From NCBI GenBank assembly GCA_902384935.1, contig CABMDO010000012.1, positions 1-64,000 of the forward strand: DNA of 64,000 nt. The letters are read 5' to 3'. Under the pieces are notes generated by a model. The model was not told where the DNA came from. It saw only the letters and a list, made by a program, of their open reading frames with translations, and searched no databases. The translations under genes and the position numbers were made by a program. How positions within the stretch are numbered: the stretch's first letter is position 1; every line of letters begins with the position of its first letter. This document shows, piece after piece, positions 63,581-64,000 of the stretch. The DNA comes from Candidatus Norongarragalina meridionalis. Lineage in GTDB: Archaea; Micrarchaeota; Micrarchaeia; Norongarragalinales; Norongarragalinaceae.

Positions 63581-63997
63581 TCAGATAAGGTAGTTGAACG
63601 CCAAGTGCACCGCAACGGCTGCGATGAAACCCGCAGCCAGCCACCGCTTGTCCTTTGCGCCTGCGTAAACTGCGCATCCGAGAATCGCGCCGGTGAACGC
63701 GTGCATCGCAAGCGGCGGCAGCCGAGCGGACCAGAGCGAAAGGTCGTGGTAATAGTAGACGATGAAATAATTCGCCAGTTCCGCGGCGCCGAATCCTATT
63801 CCCGCGAGCAAGCCGCACGCGGCTCCGCCGGCGAGCGTAATCCCCTTCCTTCCGCATAACGCGAACGCGCCGAATATCGCAGCCAGCTTCAGCGCCTCCT
63901 CCAGAGCCGTAGCAACGGGCATGGACAGCCCAACCAGTGAAAAAATGCCCGCAGTCGCGCCTGCGAGAACGCCCAGGAAAAGCGACGCCCCGAGCAA
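63581..63997 (-). CDS. hypothetical membrane protein (start at or beyond the window end)
   Basis: 138 aa, 4 TM, Gly/Ala-rich helices. Confidence 0.4.
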   Translation of the reverse strand: MLGASLFLGVLAGATAGIFSLVGLSMPVATALEEALKLAAIFGAFALCGRKGITLAGGAACGLLAGIGFGAAELANYFIVYYYHDLSLWSARLPPLAMHAFTGAILGCAVYAGAKDKRWLAAGFIAAVAVHLAFNYLI

Positions 63998-64000
63998 TGC

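Noticed and set aside
1-64000. CRISPR arrays, transposases or integrases
   Set aside because: No regularly spaced short repeats and no recognisable IS or integrase ORFs anywhere in the window. The cassettes described above have no recombinase of their own.

Overview
This window is a GC-rich (~60%) archaeal chromosomal segment with euryarchaeote-style organisation. It opens with the last ~1 kb of a 23S rRNA gene, with no 5S rRNA gene visible downstream. A ~1.6 kb low-GC island with three membrane or coiled-coil genes follows. Next comes a set of secreted or surface proteins and a duplicated two-gene module next to a retropepsin-like protease. Further along are a FlaJ/TadC-like pilus membrane protein followed by a possible archaeosortase-like gene, ftsZ (interrupted by an in-frame TAG), purD, nadB-nadA, an SdpI-like membrane protein, PCNA, and a repeat-domain surface protein with a signal peptidase. 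The core block continues with rpoL, nop10, aIF2-alpha, cmk, rpl34e, a DUF106/YidC-like gene, aspartate aminotransferase and a stomatin-like gene. Then come tRNA-Thr, rpl40e, an intron-containing tRNA-Leu, adenine deaminase and mscL. After rpoP there is a complete ribosomal protein super-operon (L3-L4-L23-L2-S19-L22-S3-L29-SUI1-Rnp1-S17-L14-L24-S4e-L5-S14-S8-L6-L32e-L19e-L18-S5-L30-L15-SecY). Downstream are a blue-copper lipoprotein, a GPN-loop GTPase, MBF1, Hsp20, PorG-like and Nif3 genes. The window ends with a ~10 kb type IV pilus-like (Tad/Epd-like) locus holding a 1977-aa giant surface protein, two split TadB/TadC-like membrane proteins, two class-III-signal pilins and secreted proteins, but no ATPase. 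The observations most worth a second look are: (i) an in-frame amber codon inside an otherwise complete ftsZ, in a genome where TAG is a rare terminator; (ii) two single-gene cassettes, each flanked by ~55 bp direct duplications of a host gene 3' end and sitting between convergent genes, plus smaller 3'-end duplications of the same style; (iii) the ATPase-less pilus/adhesin locus; and (iv) low-GC insertions, including one inside the ribosomal protein operon.
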